DNA of 64,000 bases, taken from NCBI GenBank assembly GCA_964431965.1, contig CAYSLU010000013.1, positions 899 through 64,898 of the forward strand. The letters run 5' to 3'. The DNA comes from an uncultured Verrucomicrobiota bacterium. Lineage in GTDB: Bacteria > Verrucomicrobiota > Kiritimatiellia > CAIKKV01 > CAYSLU01. Under the pieces are notes generated by a model. It saw only the letters and a list, made by a program, of their open reading frames with translations, did no database searches and was not told the origin of the DNA. The translations under genes were made by a program, and so were the position numbers. Positions 45,317 through 55,090 of the stretch are shown here, one piece after another (position 1 is the stretch's first letter; each line of letters begins with the position of its first letter).

Positions 45317-46507
45317 ATGAAGGCCGGTGGATCTGAGACACCAATCATGAAAATCGCACGCATCGCACCGTTGAGTTACACGCCGGGGAAACTGGGCTAT
45401 TTCTCGTTCGTCCGGGGCGGGGTGGGGGCGGATTACCATCAGGGGCCGCAGTTTCACGTGCGGGCGAGTGGGGAGCTGCTGGTCTACTGGGGCGCCTATG
45501 ACTTCGACGAGTGCTCCAATGATTCGGTCTCGCTCTACTCGGTCTCGCGCGATCGCGGTCTGACGTGGTCGGATCCGAACCTTTTCATGGCCGATTACCC
45601 GGGCGGGCCGCAGCGGGTGATGCTATTGCGGCTGCGCGATACGAGCCGGACGCTGATGGTCGTCACGCAGACCAAGATGGACGAGATCACGGTCGATCCG
45701 GCGCGTCGCGTCGCCACGGCCGGAAGCAACTATTTCCGGAGCCGCACCCGGTTCCATCTGCGCCGGTCGGCTGACGGCGGACGGGGGTTCGATCGCGGCG
45801 AGGAGCTGTCCCACCGGCTGATCATGGGGGGGCAGGAGCTGCCCGGCGTCGGCTGCTACGGGGCGGCCGAGGAGCTCGTGCAACTGCAGAGCGGACGCAT
45901 CGTGGCGGCGTTCATGTACCTGGATCCGGATCGGTCGGACGCGCGGGCGCAGACCGTTGCGGCCCAGCATTACACGGTCGCATGCCTGCTGTCCGACGAC
46001 GAGGGGCGCACCTGGAGGCGGGGCGGCGAGATCACCGTCGATACTCCGCGCGGAGTCATGGAGCCGCAAATCGTGGAGACGGCCCCGGACCGCCTGTTCT
46101 GCCTGTTTCGCACCAAGGGCGGCTATCTGTACCAGACGTCATCGGCCGATGGGGGGCAGACCTGGAGCGCCTCGACACCGTCGGCGCTGCCGGCGCCGGA
46201 GTCGATCGCGCGCATGATCCGGCTGCTGAGCGGCAACCTGCTGGTGGTGTGGAACAACGTCTCGTCGGTCACCCAGCACCCCCGCCATCCGCTGGTGGCG
46301 GCCGTTTCCTCCGACGGCGGCGCAACGTGGTCGGCTCCCAGGAGTCTGGCCGACGAGACCGGCGCCAACCAGCTGAGCAACCACGGCGTGGTGCAACTGG
46401 ACGACGGCCGCATTCTGGTCGGGATCTCGCACTACCACGCGATCCGTCCGATGGCCAGCGATCTGGACATGGCGATCTTTGACGAGGAATGGCTGTTGCG
46501 CGGCTGA
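45317..46507 (+). CDS. BNR/Asp-box repeat protein, sialidase (GH33)-like
   Basis: Four Asp-box motifs are present (SVSRDRGLTWS, SDDEGRTWR, SADGGQTWS, SSDGGATWS). The start may instead be the ATG at 45347 (MKIARIA...). Confidence 0.7.
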   Translation: MKAGGSETPIMKIARIAPLSYTPGKLGYFSFVRGGVGADYHQGPQFHVRASGELLVYWGAYDFDECSNDSVSLYSVSRDRGLTWSDPNLFMADYPGGPQRVMLLRLRDTSRTLMVVTQTKMDEITVDPARRVATAGSNYFRSRTRFHLRRSADGGRGFDRGEELSHRLIMGGQELPGVGCYGAAEELVQLQSGRIVAAFMYLDPDRSDARAQTVAAQHYTVACLLSDDEGRTWRRGGEITVDTPRGVMEPQIVETAPDRLFCLFRTKGGYLYQTSSADGGQTWSASTPSALPAPESIARMIRLLSGNLLVVWNNVSSVTQHPRHPLVAAVSSDGGATWSAPRSLADETGANQLSNHGVVQLDDGRILVGISHYHAIRPMASDLDMAIFDEEWLLRG

Positions 46508-46800
46508 AGGCTTCGACGGCGTGGGTGTTTCGGTAGTGCCTCCCGGTGGGGCACAAGCATCCCGGCTGGCGTCCGTGAGAGGACACGAGCCTGGAGGCTC
46601 GTGCCACGGGAGGTGGCGCACGGTCCCGATGGGCAGCCCCGCGGAGGGGCGCCGGCCTCGTCGCCCGATCCGGTGAGAGCGCCCGGGCGGCGAAGGGGAA
46701 TCCGGGTAGGCGCCGCCTGCCGGGCGGCGGCCCGGGCGCGCGATAGCGTGGTTGTGATGAGGCGCTGAGAAACAGAAGCCAGACTCAGGTGGAGTGAGTA

Positions 46801-47709
46801 ATGAACGATTATCTGTTGTCCGTCCTGCTGGGGGTCGTTGAGGGCCTGACGGAGTTCCTGCCGGTCAGTTCCACCGCTCACCTGCGCATTACGCAAGCGC
46901 TCCTCGACGTTGATCTGAGCAGCGGCTACTGGAAGATGTATACCATCGTCATCCAGTTGGGCGCGGTCCTCTGTCTCCCCCTGTACTTCCGGAGCCGCAT
47001 CGTGCAATGGATGAAGGCCTTCCCGCGCGGAACGCAGGGACGCCACGCCATCTGGAGCCACCCCTTCGCTCTGACGGCGTATGCCTTTGCATGCACGATG
47101 GTGCTCTCTCTGCTGTCCGTCAAACTCATCGGCAAGCACCTGGAGAGCATCGTCCTGATGGCTCAGTCCCTGATCGTGGGCGGCATCGTCATGGGAGTCG
47201 TGGACGCGATCTTCGGCCGGCCGCGGGCCGGGGCGCCGAAATCCGAGGGCGGTGCGAGCGCTGGATCGCGAACGCAGTCGGTCGATGAGATGACCGTTCC
47301 ACAGGCGATCTGGATCGGCTGCTGCCAGGCGTTGTCGGCGGTCTTTCCCGGGACGTCGCGGTCCATGGCGACGATCGCGGCCGGACAGATTGCCGGCATG
47401 TCGCGGCCGGCCGCGCTGGAGTTTTCGTTCCTGCTGTCGATTCCGACCATGGTGGCGGCGACGGGCTACGACCTGATCGAGTCCATGCGCCACATGGACG
47501 GCGGCAGCACGATGGGCGTGGGGCCCAGCAACGTCCACGAGTGGATCGTTCTGGCGATCGGGTTCGTGACATCGTTTATCGTGGCGTACGCGGTGGTGGT
47601 CTGGTTCATGAACTGGGTGCGCCAGCGCGGATTCCTGCCGTTCGCCATCTACCGGGTTGTGATCGGCCTGTCCGTCTGGTGGTGGGCGGCTCATCGGTCG
47701 ATCGGGTGA
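46801..47709 (+). CDS. uppP: undecaprenyl-diphosphate phosphatase
   Basis: GVVEGLTEFLPVSSTAH and the later PGTSRSMATI block are the two conserved BacA/UppP motifs. Length is 302 aa with eight TM helices. Confidence 0.9.
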   Translation: MNDYLLSVLLGVVEGLTEFLPVSSTAHLRITQALLDVDLSSGYWKMYTIVIQLGAVLCLPLYFRSRIVQWMKAFPRGTQGRHAIWSHPFALTAYAFACTMVLSLLSVKLIGKHLESIVLMAQSLIVGGIVMGVVDAIFGRPRAGAPKSEGGASAGSRTQSVDEMTVPQAIWIGCCQALSAVFPGTSRSMATIAAGQIAGMSRPAALEFSFLLSIPTMVAATGYDLIESMRHMDGGSTMGVGPSNVHEWIVLAIGFVTSFIVAYAVVVWFMNWVRQRGFLPFAIYRVVIGLSVWWWAAHRSIG

Positions 47710-47836
47710 ATGGGCCACGATGCCCCCGCTGTTTTCGCTCCCCGCATTGAACCTCCTGCGATCTCCGCGCGTTTGTACGGCTAGTCCACCCGGGCGGGTG
47801 GGCCCGTGGCGCGAACGCATTTCCGAGGAGCGGCTC

Positions 47837-50005
47837 ATGAGATCAGCGGGACATGCAGGGCGGCGGATGGCGGCGGGTATCCTGGCGGGCGCGGCAGCGA
47901 TCGGCGGGGCGCGGGACGGGCTGGGGGCCGGCGGTACGAACGCCCCGGCAGGTACCCATGCGGCGACACGCGCGACGGAGGCCGGGCATCTGGTGATCGT
48001 CACGGCCAGCCGCTTCGAGCGCCAGTGGCAGGAGCTGCCGGTCAGCGCGAACAGCATCCCCGGCGAGACCATCCGGATCGACCGGGCGGCGCGGACGGTG
48101 CCTGAGGCGCTGAAGGGAGTCCCCGGCGTCATGGTCCAGAAGACGGCCCAGGGCCAGGGCTCTCCCTACCTGCGCGGATTCACCGGCTTCCGCACCCTCT
48201 TCCTCATCGACGGCGTCCGGCTCAACAACTCGGTCTTCCGGGACGGCCCGAACCAGTACTGGAGCACGGTCGATCCGCTTAGCCTCAAGGGGATCGAACT
48301 CGTCAAGGGCCCGGCGTCGGTTCTCTACGGCAGTGACGCCATCGGCGGGGCCGCGAACGCGCTGACCGCCAGCCCGGAGTTCGGCGATGGATTCCTGTGC
48401 CGGCGCCGGCTTTACTATCGCGGGGCCACGGCCGATCGCTCGACGGTTGCGCGTGCGGAAGCCAGCGCGGCGTCCGGGCAGAAAGCGGGCGCGGTGGCCG
48501 GGATATCGTGGAAGGACTTTGGCAACGTTCGCGCGGGCGGAACGGTCGGCGAGCAGCCCAAGACCGGCTACAGCGAGCTGGATTGGGACGCGAAGGTCGC
48601 CTACCGCCCCGACCGGCGGTCGATGCTGACCGTGGCGCATCAGTCCGCCGATCAGGACGACGTCTGGCGCGCGCACTCGACGGCGTACGGGACCTGGTGG
48701 CGGGGCGCGAAGCCGGGCTCGGACCAGCAGCGCATCCTCGACCAGACGCGCCACCTGACGTATGCGCAGTATGACGTCGGCGACCTCGGCTCGTTTGCAG
48801 ATCGCATGAAAGTGGGCGTCTCGCACCAGGTACAGGACGAGGACCAGTACCGGGTGCGAAAGGACGGGGCCGCCGACAGCCAGGCGTTCTCCGTGAACAC
48901 CGTCGGCTCGTTCATTCAGTTCGAGAGCCCGAGCAGCCTCGGCAACTGGGTGTACGGCGCCGAGTACTACCACGACGGCGTCGACTCGGTTGGGCTCAAG
49001 TACGCGGCCGACGGGTCCGTGAAGAGCCGGGCCGTGCAGGGGCCCGTGGCGGACGACGCCACCTACGACACGCTCGGCGCCTTCGTGGAGGACACGGTGC
49101 CGCTGGGCGGCCGCGTCAGCTTCGTGCCCGGCCTCCGCTACACCTACGCAGCAGCCGACACCGAGCAGGCGGCGGATCCACTGACCGGGAAGGCCATGCC
49201 CGTGGACGGCGACTGGGACACCGTGGTCGGCAGCGCCCGCCTGCTCGTCGCGCTTGACGAGCAGCAGCTCTGGCACGCCTTCGCGGGGGCGTCCCAGGGC
49301 TACCGCGCGCCCAATCTCTCCGATCTGACGCGCTTTGACATCGCCCGCTCGGGCGAGCTCGAGACGCCGGCGCCCGACCTGGACCCGGAGCGGTATGTGA
49401 CGTACGAGACGGGCCTCAAGGGACTGGCCGGCCGGTGGCAGGCGCAGGCGGCCTACTACTACACCGACATCCGGGACATGATCGTGCGGGTCCCGACCGG
49501 CCGCACGGTGGACGGCGCGACCGAGGTGACCAAGAAGAACTCCGGGAACGGCTATGTTCATGGAGTGGAAGCAGAGGGGCGGTACCGGATCGTCGAGGAT
49601 TTGGCCGTGTTCGGCTCCGCCTCGTGGGCGCGGGGCGACGTGGACACCTACGCCACCTCCTCGCCGGACCTGTCCCGGGAGCCGATCGACCGCCTGATGC
49701 CCCCCGCGGGGACGCTGGGGCTGCGGTGGGATCTGGTTCGCGGCTTCTGGCTGCAGGGGGAGTGCACGGCGGCGGTCAAGCAGACCCGACTGTCGCCGGG
49801 CGACGTCGCCGACACGCAGCGCATCCCGTCCGGCGGCACGCCGGGCTACACGGTGTGCGAGGTGCGCGCCGGCTGGGACGTCTCCAAGGATCTCCGCCTG
49901 GCGGTCGCATGCGAGAACGTGGCGGACGTCGACTACCGGATCCACGGATCCGGCGTCAACGAGACCGGCCGCAACTTCGTCCTCAGCGCCGAATACGCGT
50001 TCTGA
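47837..50005 (+). CDS. TonB-dependent outer-membrane receptor
   Basis: It has a plug domain (GVMVQKTAQGQGSPYLRGF...LIDGVRLN), a long beta-barrel and a C-terminal aromatic residue (EYAF). GAGGAG precedes the ATG at 47837. Confidence 0.85.
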   Translation: MRSAGHAGRRMAAGILAGAAAIGGARDGLGAGGTNAPAGTHAATRATEAGHLVIVTASRFERQWQELPVSANSIPGETIRIDRAARTVPEALKGVPGVMVQKTAQGQGSPYLRGFTGFRTLFLIDGVRLNNSVFRDGPNQYWSTVDPLSLKGIELVKGPASVLYGSDAIGGAANALTASPEFGDGFLCRRRLYYRGATADRSTVARAEASAASGQKAGAVAGISWKDFGNVRAGGTVGEQPKTGYSELDWDAKVAYRPDRRSMLTVAHQSADQDDVWRAHSTAYGTWWRGAKPGSDQQRILDQTRHLTYAQYDVGDLGSFADRMKVGVSHQVQDEDQYRVRKDGAADSQAFSVNTVGSFIQFESPSSLGNWVYGAEYYHDGVDSVGLKYAADGSVKSRAVQGPVADDATYDTLGAFVEDTVPLGGRVSFVPGLRYTYAAADTEQAADPLTGKAMPVDGDWDTVVGSARLLVALDEQQLWHAFAGASQGYRAPNLSDLTRFDIARSGELETPAPDLDPERYVTYETGLKGLAGRWQAQAAYYYTDIRDMIVRVPTGRTVDGATEVTKKNSGNGYVHGVEAEGRYRIVEDLAVFGSASWARGDVDTYATSSPDLSREPIDRLMPPAGTLGLRWDLVRGFWLQGECTAAVKQTRLSPGDVADTQRIPSGGTPGYTVCEVRAGWDVSKDLRLAVACENVADVDYRIHGSGVNETGRNFVLSAEYAF

Positions 50006-50050
50006 TGCGGGCCCCGCGCGACGCGGCGGCCGCCCCGGGCCGGCGCGCAC

Positions 50051-50067
50051 GGGATGGCCGCCATCCC
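50051..50067 (+). terminator. perfect 17-nt palindrome GGGATGGCCGCCATCCC after the TonB receptor gene, a possible terminator hairpin
   Basis: It lies 46 nt past the stop at 50005 and is followed by TTG only. Confidence 0.25.
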
Positions 50068-50205
50068 TTGCCGCCGGGGCCCGCTTTCCCGGTTGCGTCC
50101 GGTAGTCGGCCGGACTAGCCTGCATCCAATCCGGGACCGGGTGCAGCCGCGCGGATCGGCCGAGCGCGTCTTTCGGGTCTCTGACCGGGGGCATCGGAAG
50201 GGCCT

Positions 50206-51438
50206 ATGAAACCGACATCGGGCGGGGCGGATCACCGGCATGCGTCTCCCGAGCGGCGGCGCAGCATGCTCGGGCTGGTCGGCATGATCGTGCTCGTCGG
50301 CATGGGCGAGCACATGGCCGAGCGCTTCTTGCCGCTGTATCTGCAGCAGCTGGCGCAGGCATCGACCGCCGTTCTGGCGATCGGGCTCCTAGCGGGGATG
50401 GACGACCTGCTGTCCGCGCTCTACTCCTTCCCGGGCGGCTACTTGAGCGACCGGCTGGGCACGAAGCGCGCGCTCCTGTTCTTCAATGCCCTGTCGATGG
50501 CCGGCTACCTGTGCGTCATCCTGATCCGGTCCTGGTGGGCGGTCCTGATTGGCGCGGCCCTCTTCATCTCGTGGTCGGCCATCTCGCTTCCGGCCACGAT
50601 GGACCTGCTCGCCCGGATCGTGCCGAAGAACCGGCGCACCATGGGCGTATCGATGCTGGCGCTGGTCCGGCGCGTGCCGAAGATGCTGGGGCCCGTCGTC
50701 GGCGGAGCGTGCATCGCGGCCTGGGGCGTCGAGCAGGGCGTGCGCGCGGCGTTCATCCTGGCGCTGGGCCTCGCACTGGCGGCTTCCGTGCTGCAGCAGG
50801 TGATGATCGCCGAGGATCCGAAGGGCGACCGGACGGCCGAGGCGAATCCGCTGCGGCTGTGGCGCGAGATGCCGGCCGGCCTGAGGAACCTGCTGTGGTC
50901 GGACATCCTGATCCGCTTCTGCGAGCGCATCCCGGATGCGTTCGTGGTCATCTGGGCTACGCGGTACATCGCGAGCCCCGTGTCGGAGCTGGCCTTCGGC
51001 TGGCTGTCCGCCCTCGAGAACGTCACGGCCGTCCTGGTGTATGTGCCCGTGGCGTACATGGCGGACCGCTTCGGAAAGAAGCCGTTCGTGCTGATCACCT
51101 TCGCGTTCTTCACCTGCTTCCCCCTGGCGCTGCTGCAGGCGCACTCGCTGGCCCCCCTGGCGGCGGCGTTCGTGCTGCGCGGGCTCAAGGAGTTCGGCGA
51201 GCCGACGCGCAAGGCGCTGATCATGGATCTGGCGCCGGAGGGGCGCAAGGCGGCGATGTTCGGTCTCTACTACCTCATCCGCGACGTGCTCGTCGCGTTC
51301 GCGGCCTTCGGCGGCGCCCTGCTGTGGCGCGTGTCGCCGGAGCTGAACCTGAAGGTCGCGTTCGGTTTCGGCGTGCTGGGCACGCTCTGGTTCGCGTGGC
51401 GCGGGCGCGACTGCACGGCCGGGCGGCCGGCGGCATGA
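50206..51438 (+). CDS. MFS transporter
   Basis: It has twelve predicted TM helices and an MFS-like loop motif GYLSDRLGTKR between TM2 and TM3. Confidence 0.8.
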   Translation: MKPTSGGADHRHASPERRRSMLGLVGMIVLVGMGEHMAERFLPLYLQQLAQASTAVLAIGLLAGMDDLLSALYSFPGGYLSDRLGTKRALLFFNALSMAGYLCVILIRSWWAVLIGAALFISWSAISLPATMDLLARIVPKNRRTMGVSMLALVRRVPKMLGPVVGGACIAAWGVEQGVRAAFILALGLALAASVLQQVMIAEDPKGDRTAEANPLRLWREMPAGLRNLLWSDILIRFCERIPDAFVVIWATRYIASPVSELAFGWLSALENVTAVLVYVPVAYMADRFGKKPFVLITFAFFTCFPLALLQAHSLAPLAAAFVLRGLKEFGEPTRKALIMDLAPEGRKAAMFGLYYLIRDVLVAFAAFGGALLWRVSPELNLKVAFGFGVLGTLWFAWRGRDCTAGRPAA

Positions 51439-51470
51439 CGTCGGCGTCTTGTCCTTTGAGGAGTGGTGGG

Positions 51471-51491
51471 GATACGAGACAGCTCGACGGA
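51471..51491 (+). promoter_or_regulatory. third copy of the 21-nt motif GATACGAGACAGCTCGACGGA, about 100 nt upstream of the NYN gene
   Basis: The same 21-mer occurs at 32106-32126 and 32411-32431 inside the tandem repeat units. Confidence 0.5.
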
Positions 51492-51587
51492 CAACGATCG
51501 GCGTCGTGCCAAAAGGATGTCGACGCCTCGGCGCACGGCTTGTAGAGTGACGGCAAATCGGCGCCGTGCCGGTGTTGGAGATCCACG

Positions 51588-52412
51588 ATGAGCCATCAGT
51601 CCGAGACGAGAAACATGGCGGTGTTCTGCGACTTCGAGAATATCGCGCTGGGCGTGCGGGACGCCAACTACGCCAAGTTCGACATCGACAAGGTGCTCGA
51701 GCGCCTGCTCCTCAAGGGCAACATCGTGGTGAAGAAGGCCTACTGCGACTGGAGCCGCTACAAGGAGTTCCGGCCCTCGATGCACGAGGCGTCGTTCGAG
51801 CTCATCGAGATCCCGCACCTGCGGCAGTCGGGCAAGAACTCCGCGGACATCCGGATGGTCGTGGACGCGCTCGACCTGTGCTACACGAAGGGGCACGTGG
51901 ACACCTTCGTGATCGTCAGCGGCGACTCGGACTTTTCGCCGCTGGTGAGCAAGCTGCGCGAGAACGACAAGACGGTGATCGGCGTGGGGGTGCGGAATTC
52001 GACGTCCGACCTGCTCATCGCGAACTGCGATGAGTTCATCCACTACGACGACCTGGTGCGCGCGCAGCCGGCCCGCGCGCCGGCCCCCCGGTCCGCCTCC
52101 GGGCGGAGCCGCTCCGCGGCGGCGGGCGAGGCCGAGAAGCCGGCCGCGCCATCGGCGGACTCGAAGGACGACGCGCTGAACCTGATCCTCGAAACCTACG
52201 ACGCGCTGGTCGAGGAGCGCGGGGAGGGGGAGAAGATCTGGGGCTCGATGATCAAGCAGACCCTGAAGCGCCGCAGGCCGGGCTTCAGCGAGTCCGCGTA
52301 TGGGTTCCGGACGTTCGGACTGCTCCTCGAGGAGGTTGAGGCGCGCGGGCTGGTGAAGCTCGAGCGCGACGAGAAGTCCGGCGGCTTCATCGTTCGACGC
52401 GTGCGGCCGTGA
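51588..52412 (+). CDS. NYN-domain (PIN-like nuclease) protein with a C-terminal OST-HTH/LOTUS domain
   Basis: MAVFCDFENI...VIVSGDSDFSPLV is the NYN/LabA signature. The C-terminal ~80 aa (LILETYDAL...IWGSMIKQTLKRRRPGFSESAYGFRTFGLLLEEVEARGLV) fit OST-HTH. Confidence 0.8.
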   Translation: MSHQSETRNMAVFCDFENIALGVRDANYAKFDIDKVLERLLLKGNIVVKKAYCDWSRYKEFRPSMHEASFELIEIPHLRQSGKNSADIRMVVDALDLCYTKGHVDTFVIVSGDSDFSPLVSKLRENDKTVIGVGVRNSTSDLLIANCDEFIHYDDLVRAQPARAPAPRSASGRSRSAAAGEAEKPAAPSADSKDDALNLILETYDALVEERGEGEKIWGSMIKQTLKRRRPGFSESAYGFRTFGLLLEEVEARGLVKLERDEKSGGFIVRRVRP

Positions 52413-53104
52413 CGGACAGCGGGAGTGGCGCCATGGACCTGACGCTCAATCCGGTTGAAGCCCGAGTGCTGGCGTGCCTGGTGGAGAAGTCGATCACGAC
52501 GCCGGAGTACTACCCGCTCACGCTGGGCGCGCTGACCGCCGCCTGCAACCAGAAGTCGAACCGCGATCCCGTGATGCAGGTCGGGGAGTCGGATGTTGTC
52601 CGCGCGCTGGACGGGTTGCGCGACCGCAAGCTGGCCTGGTCGGTGGCGCTGGCCGGAAGCCGGGTCCCGAAGTACCGGCACAGCCTGACGGACGTGATCC
52701 TGCTGACGCCGCCGCAGGTGGCCGTCCTGTGCGAACTCATGTTGCGCGGCGCGCAGACGGCGGCCGAGCTGCGACTTCGCGCGGGTCGGATGGCGGCGTT
52801 CGCGGACGTGGCGGCCGCGCAGGCGACGCTGCAGGAGCTGGCGAGCCGCGAGGCGGGCGCGCTGGCGGCTCGGATGCCCCGCCAGCCGGGCCAGCGGGAG
52901 GAGCGTTACCTGCACCTCCTGTGTGGCGGCGTACCGGCGGAGTCCGCGGCCGGCGCGGCGCTGCCGGCGCCGGAGCCGGCGCGGGTGGCGGTCATGGCCG
53001 AGAACGAGCGCCTGGGCGCGTTGGAGAGCCGCGTGGCCGCGCTGCAGGACGAGCTGGAGCAGCTGAAGGCCCGGTTCGGCGATTTCATCAAGCAGTTCCA
53101 GTGA
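52409..53104 (+). CDS. YceH/DUF480-family protein
   Basis: LNPVEARVLACLVEKSITTPEYYPLTLGAL is the YceH signature. It overlaps the NYN gene stop by 4 nt. Confidence 0.8.
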   Translation: MTDSGSGAMDLTLNPVEARVLACLVEKSITTPEYYPLTLGALTAACNQKSNRDPVMQVGESDVVRALDGLRDRKLAWSVALAGSRVPKYRHSLTDVILLTPPQVAVLCELMLRGAQTAAELRLRAGRMAAFADVAAAQATLQELASREAGALAARMPRQPGQREERYLHLLCGGVPAESAAGAALPAPEPARVAVMAENERLGALESRVAALQDELEQLKARFGDFIKQFQ

Positions 53105-53129
53105 GCGATGCTTCCGCGCGAGGGGACAC

Positions 53130-53924
53130 ATGACCGCACCCGGACTTCGCGAGCTGGCGATCGGGCCCGAGGAATCTCCCTGGGCGCCGGCAGGACTGCA
53201 GCGCATCGACTACACGAGCGGGCTGGACGGCCGGAGGGACTGGGCCTTGGCCTGGCCGGGCCGGGATCCCGCGCGGTGGGTGGTTCACCTTCATGGGCAC
53301 GGGTCGACGGGCGACCAGCTGCACACGCGCCCGGACATCAACCGCCTCTGGCTTCCGAAGTACCGCGCGGCCGGGCTCGGCGTGCTGTCGCCCAATCTGC
53401 GGGGGAATGCCTGGATGGCGCCAGCCGCGGCCCACGACCTGCACGCGCTACTGGAGGCCGTGCGCCGCGAGTTCGGGGCGCGACGGTTCCTGCTCTTCAG
53501 CGGGTCGATGGGCGGGACCGGAAACCTGGCCTACGCGGTGTTGCACCCCGATGACGCGCAGGCCGTGGGGGCGCTGTGCCCGGCCGTGGACGTTGCCTCT
53601 TACTACGCCTGGTGCCGCGAGCGGAACACGGGCGTGATCCGCGAGATCGCGGACGCCATCTGCGAGTCCTACGGCGGCGACCCAGTCGCGCGCCCGGACG
53701 TCTACGCGGCGCACTCGGCGCTGCGACGGTGCGACCGGCTGACCATGCCCGTGGTCGTGGTACACGGCTCAGCCGACGCCGTGATCCCGGTGGAGCCCGC
53801 GCGCGAGCTGGCCCGCCGGATGTCGGGCCGCGCGACGTTCCGGTACGAGGAGCAGCCGGGCGGCCACCACGACTCGCCCCTGGAAGCCGCCTGGGCGATC
53901 GACTGGGCCATCGCCCAGCTGTGA
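53130..53924 (+). CDS. alpha/beta-hydrolase (esterase/S9 peptidase-like)
   Basis: The nucleophile elbow is FSGSMGG, and a C-terminal HGSADAVIP...GGHH acid/His arrangement is present. Length is 264 aa. Confidence 0.75.
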   Translation: MTAPGLRELAIGPEESPWAPAGLQRIDYTSGLDGRRDWALAWPGRDPARWVVHLHGHGSTGDQLHTRPDINRLWLPKYRAAGLGVLSPNLRGNAWMAPAAAHDLHALLEAVRREFGARRFLLFSGSMGGTGNLAYAVLHPDDAQAVGALCPAVDVASYYAWCRERNTGVIREIADAICESYGGDPVARPDVYAAHSALRRCDRLTMPVVVVHGSADAVIPVEPARELARRMSGRATFRYEEQPGGHHDSPLEAAWAIDWAIAQL

Positions 53925-54113
53925 GCGGCCGGCGCGGGATTGGTCATCCGGATGACGTCTTCCGGCAGGAGGCGCCCGCCGGAGTTGGACGCCGTCACCC
54001 CTCGCGACGGCGCATCCCTGCTGCTTCCGTGGCGCAGGGCATCGCGTCCGGTCGAATCGGATTTCAAAAAGGCCGACTCTTCGGGTAAGCTTTTAGCTCA
54101 CGTGGAGGGACTG

Positions 54114-55070
54114 ATGCCGCCGTTGTCCGCCTACATCCGATGGCAGCCGCCGATGGTGCGGGTTCTGCAGGCGAGCATCCCGCTCGCGGCGGGGGCCGTG
54201 TACTTTTTCGGCTGGCGGGTTCTGATGCTGCTCGTCGTGGTGAACGCCGTCGCGTACGTGTCGGAGTACCTGTTCACACGCCAGTGGAAGGAGCCGGTCA
54301 CCTCAGCCGTCTTCGTCACGGCCACGCTGTTCACGTTCTCGCTGCCGCCGACCATTCCGGTCTGGATGGCCGTTGTGGGGATCGTGTTTGCGGTGGTGTT
54401 CGGCAAGATGGTGTTCGGGGGATTCGGGCGGAACGTGTTCAACCCGGCGCTGACGGGGCGGGCGTTCCTGTACATCAGCTTCGGGCTGCAGATGACCGCG
54501 ATGTGGTCCGAGCCCGTCGGCGGGACGATCGGCGGGTTCGGCGCGTGGGCGTCGGACGCGATCACAAGCGCCACGCCCGGCATGCGCCTCAAGCAGGGCG
54601 AGCTGTTCGACCTGTGGCCGCTCTTCGTCGGGACGGCCTCCGGCACGATCGGGGGGAGCAGCGCGCTGCTGGCGCTGCTGGGCGGGATCTACCTGCTGTG
54701 GACGAAGACGGCCAACTACCGGATCGTCGCGTCGTGCTTCGCGGGCTTCCTTCTGCCGCAGGCGGCGCTGTGGCTGGCGAAGGTTCCGGCCGCGGCCGAT
54801 CCGCTGCATGCCGTGCTGGCCGGCAGCTTCGTCGTCGGCGCGTTCTTCTATGCCACCGACCCGGTGTCGGCCTCGCAGACCAAGCCGGGCCAGTGGATGT
54901 ACGGGGCCTTCATCGGGCTGATGTCGTGCCTGATCACGATCTACTCGGTGTGGCCGGCAGGGACGATGTTCGCGGTCCTGCTCGCGAACATGTTCGCGCC
55001 GATCACGGACTACACGATCCGGCTGCGGCAGGCGAAGGCGAAGGCGGGGACCGCGGCCAAGCCGGCTTGA
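54114..55070 (+). CDS. nqrB: NqrB/RnfD-family membrane subunit with an FMN-threonine motif
   Basis: GGAGGG lies 5 nt upstream of the ATG at 54114. FGGFGRNVFNPA and DAITSATPG (FMN attachment) are the family signatures. At 318 aa it is short for NqrB. Confidence 0.75.
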   Translation: MPPLSAYIRWQPPMVRVLQASIPLAAGAVYFFGWRVLMLLVVVNAVAYVSEYLFTRQWKEPVTSAVFVTATLFTFSLPPTIPVWMAVVGIVFAVVFGKMVFGGFGRNVFNPALTGRAFLYISFGLQMTAMWSEPVGGTIGGFGAWASDAITSATPGMRLKQGELFDLWPLFVGTASGTIGGSSALLALLGGIYLLWTKTANYRIVASCFAGFLLPQAALWLAKVPAAADPLHAVLAGSFVVGAFFYATDPVSASQTKPGQWMYGAFIGLMSCLITIYSVWPAGTMFAVLLANMFAPITDYTIRLRQAKAKAGTAAKPA

Positions 55071-55090
55071 GCGGCGGCGGGCGGGGTGAC

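Noticed and set aside
53940-54113. The upstream in-frame extension of the NqrB homolog (ATG 53940)
   Set aside because: The extension translates as Arg-rich low complexity, and a strong SD (GGAGGG) immediately precedes the internal ATG 54114. This also means no cryptic NqrA remnant was detected there.
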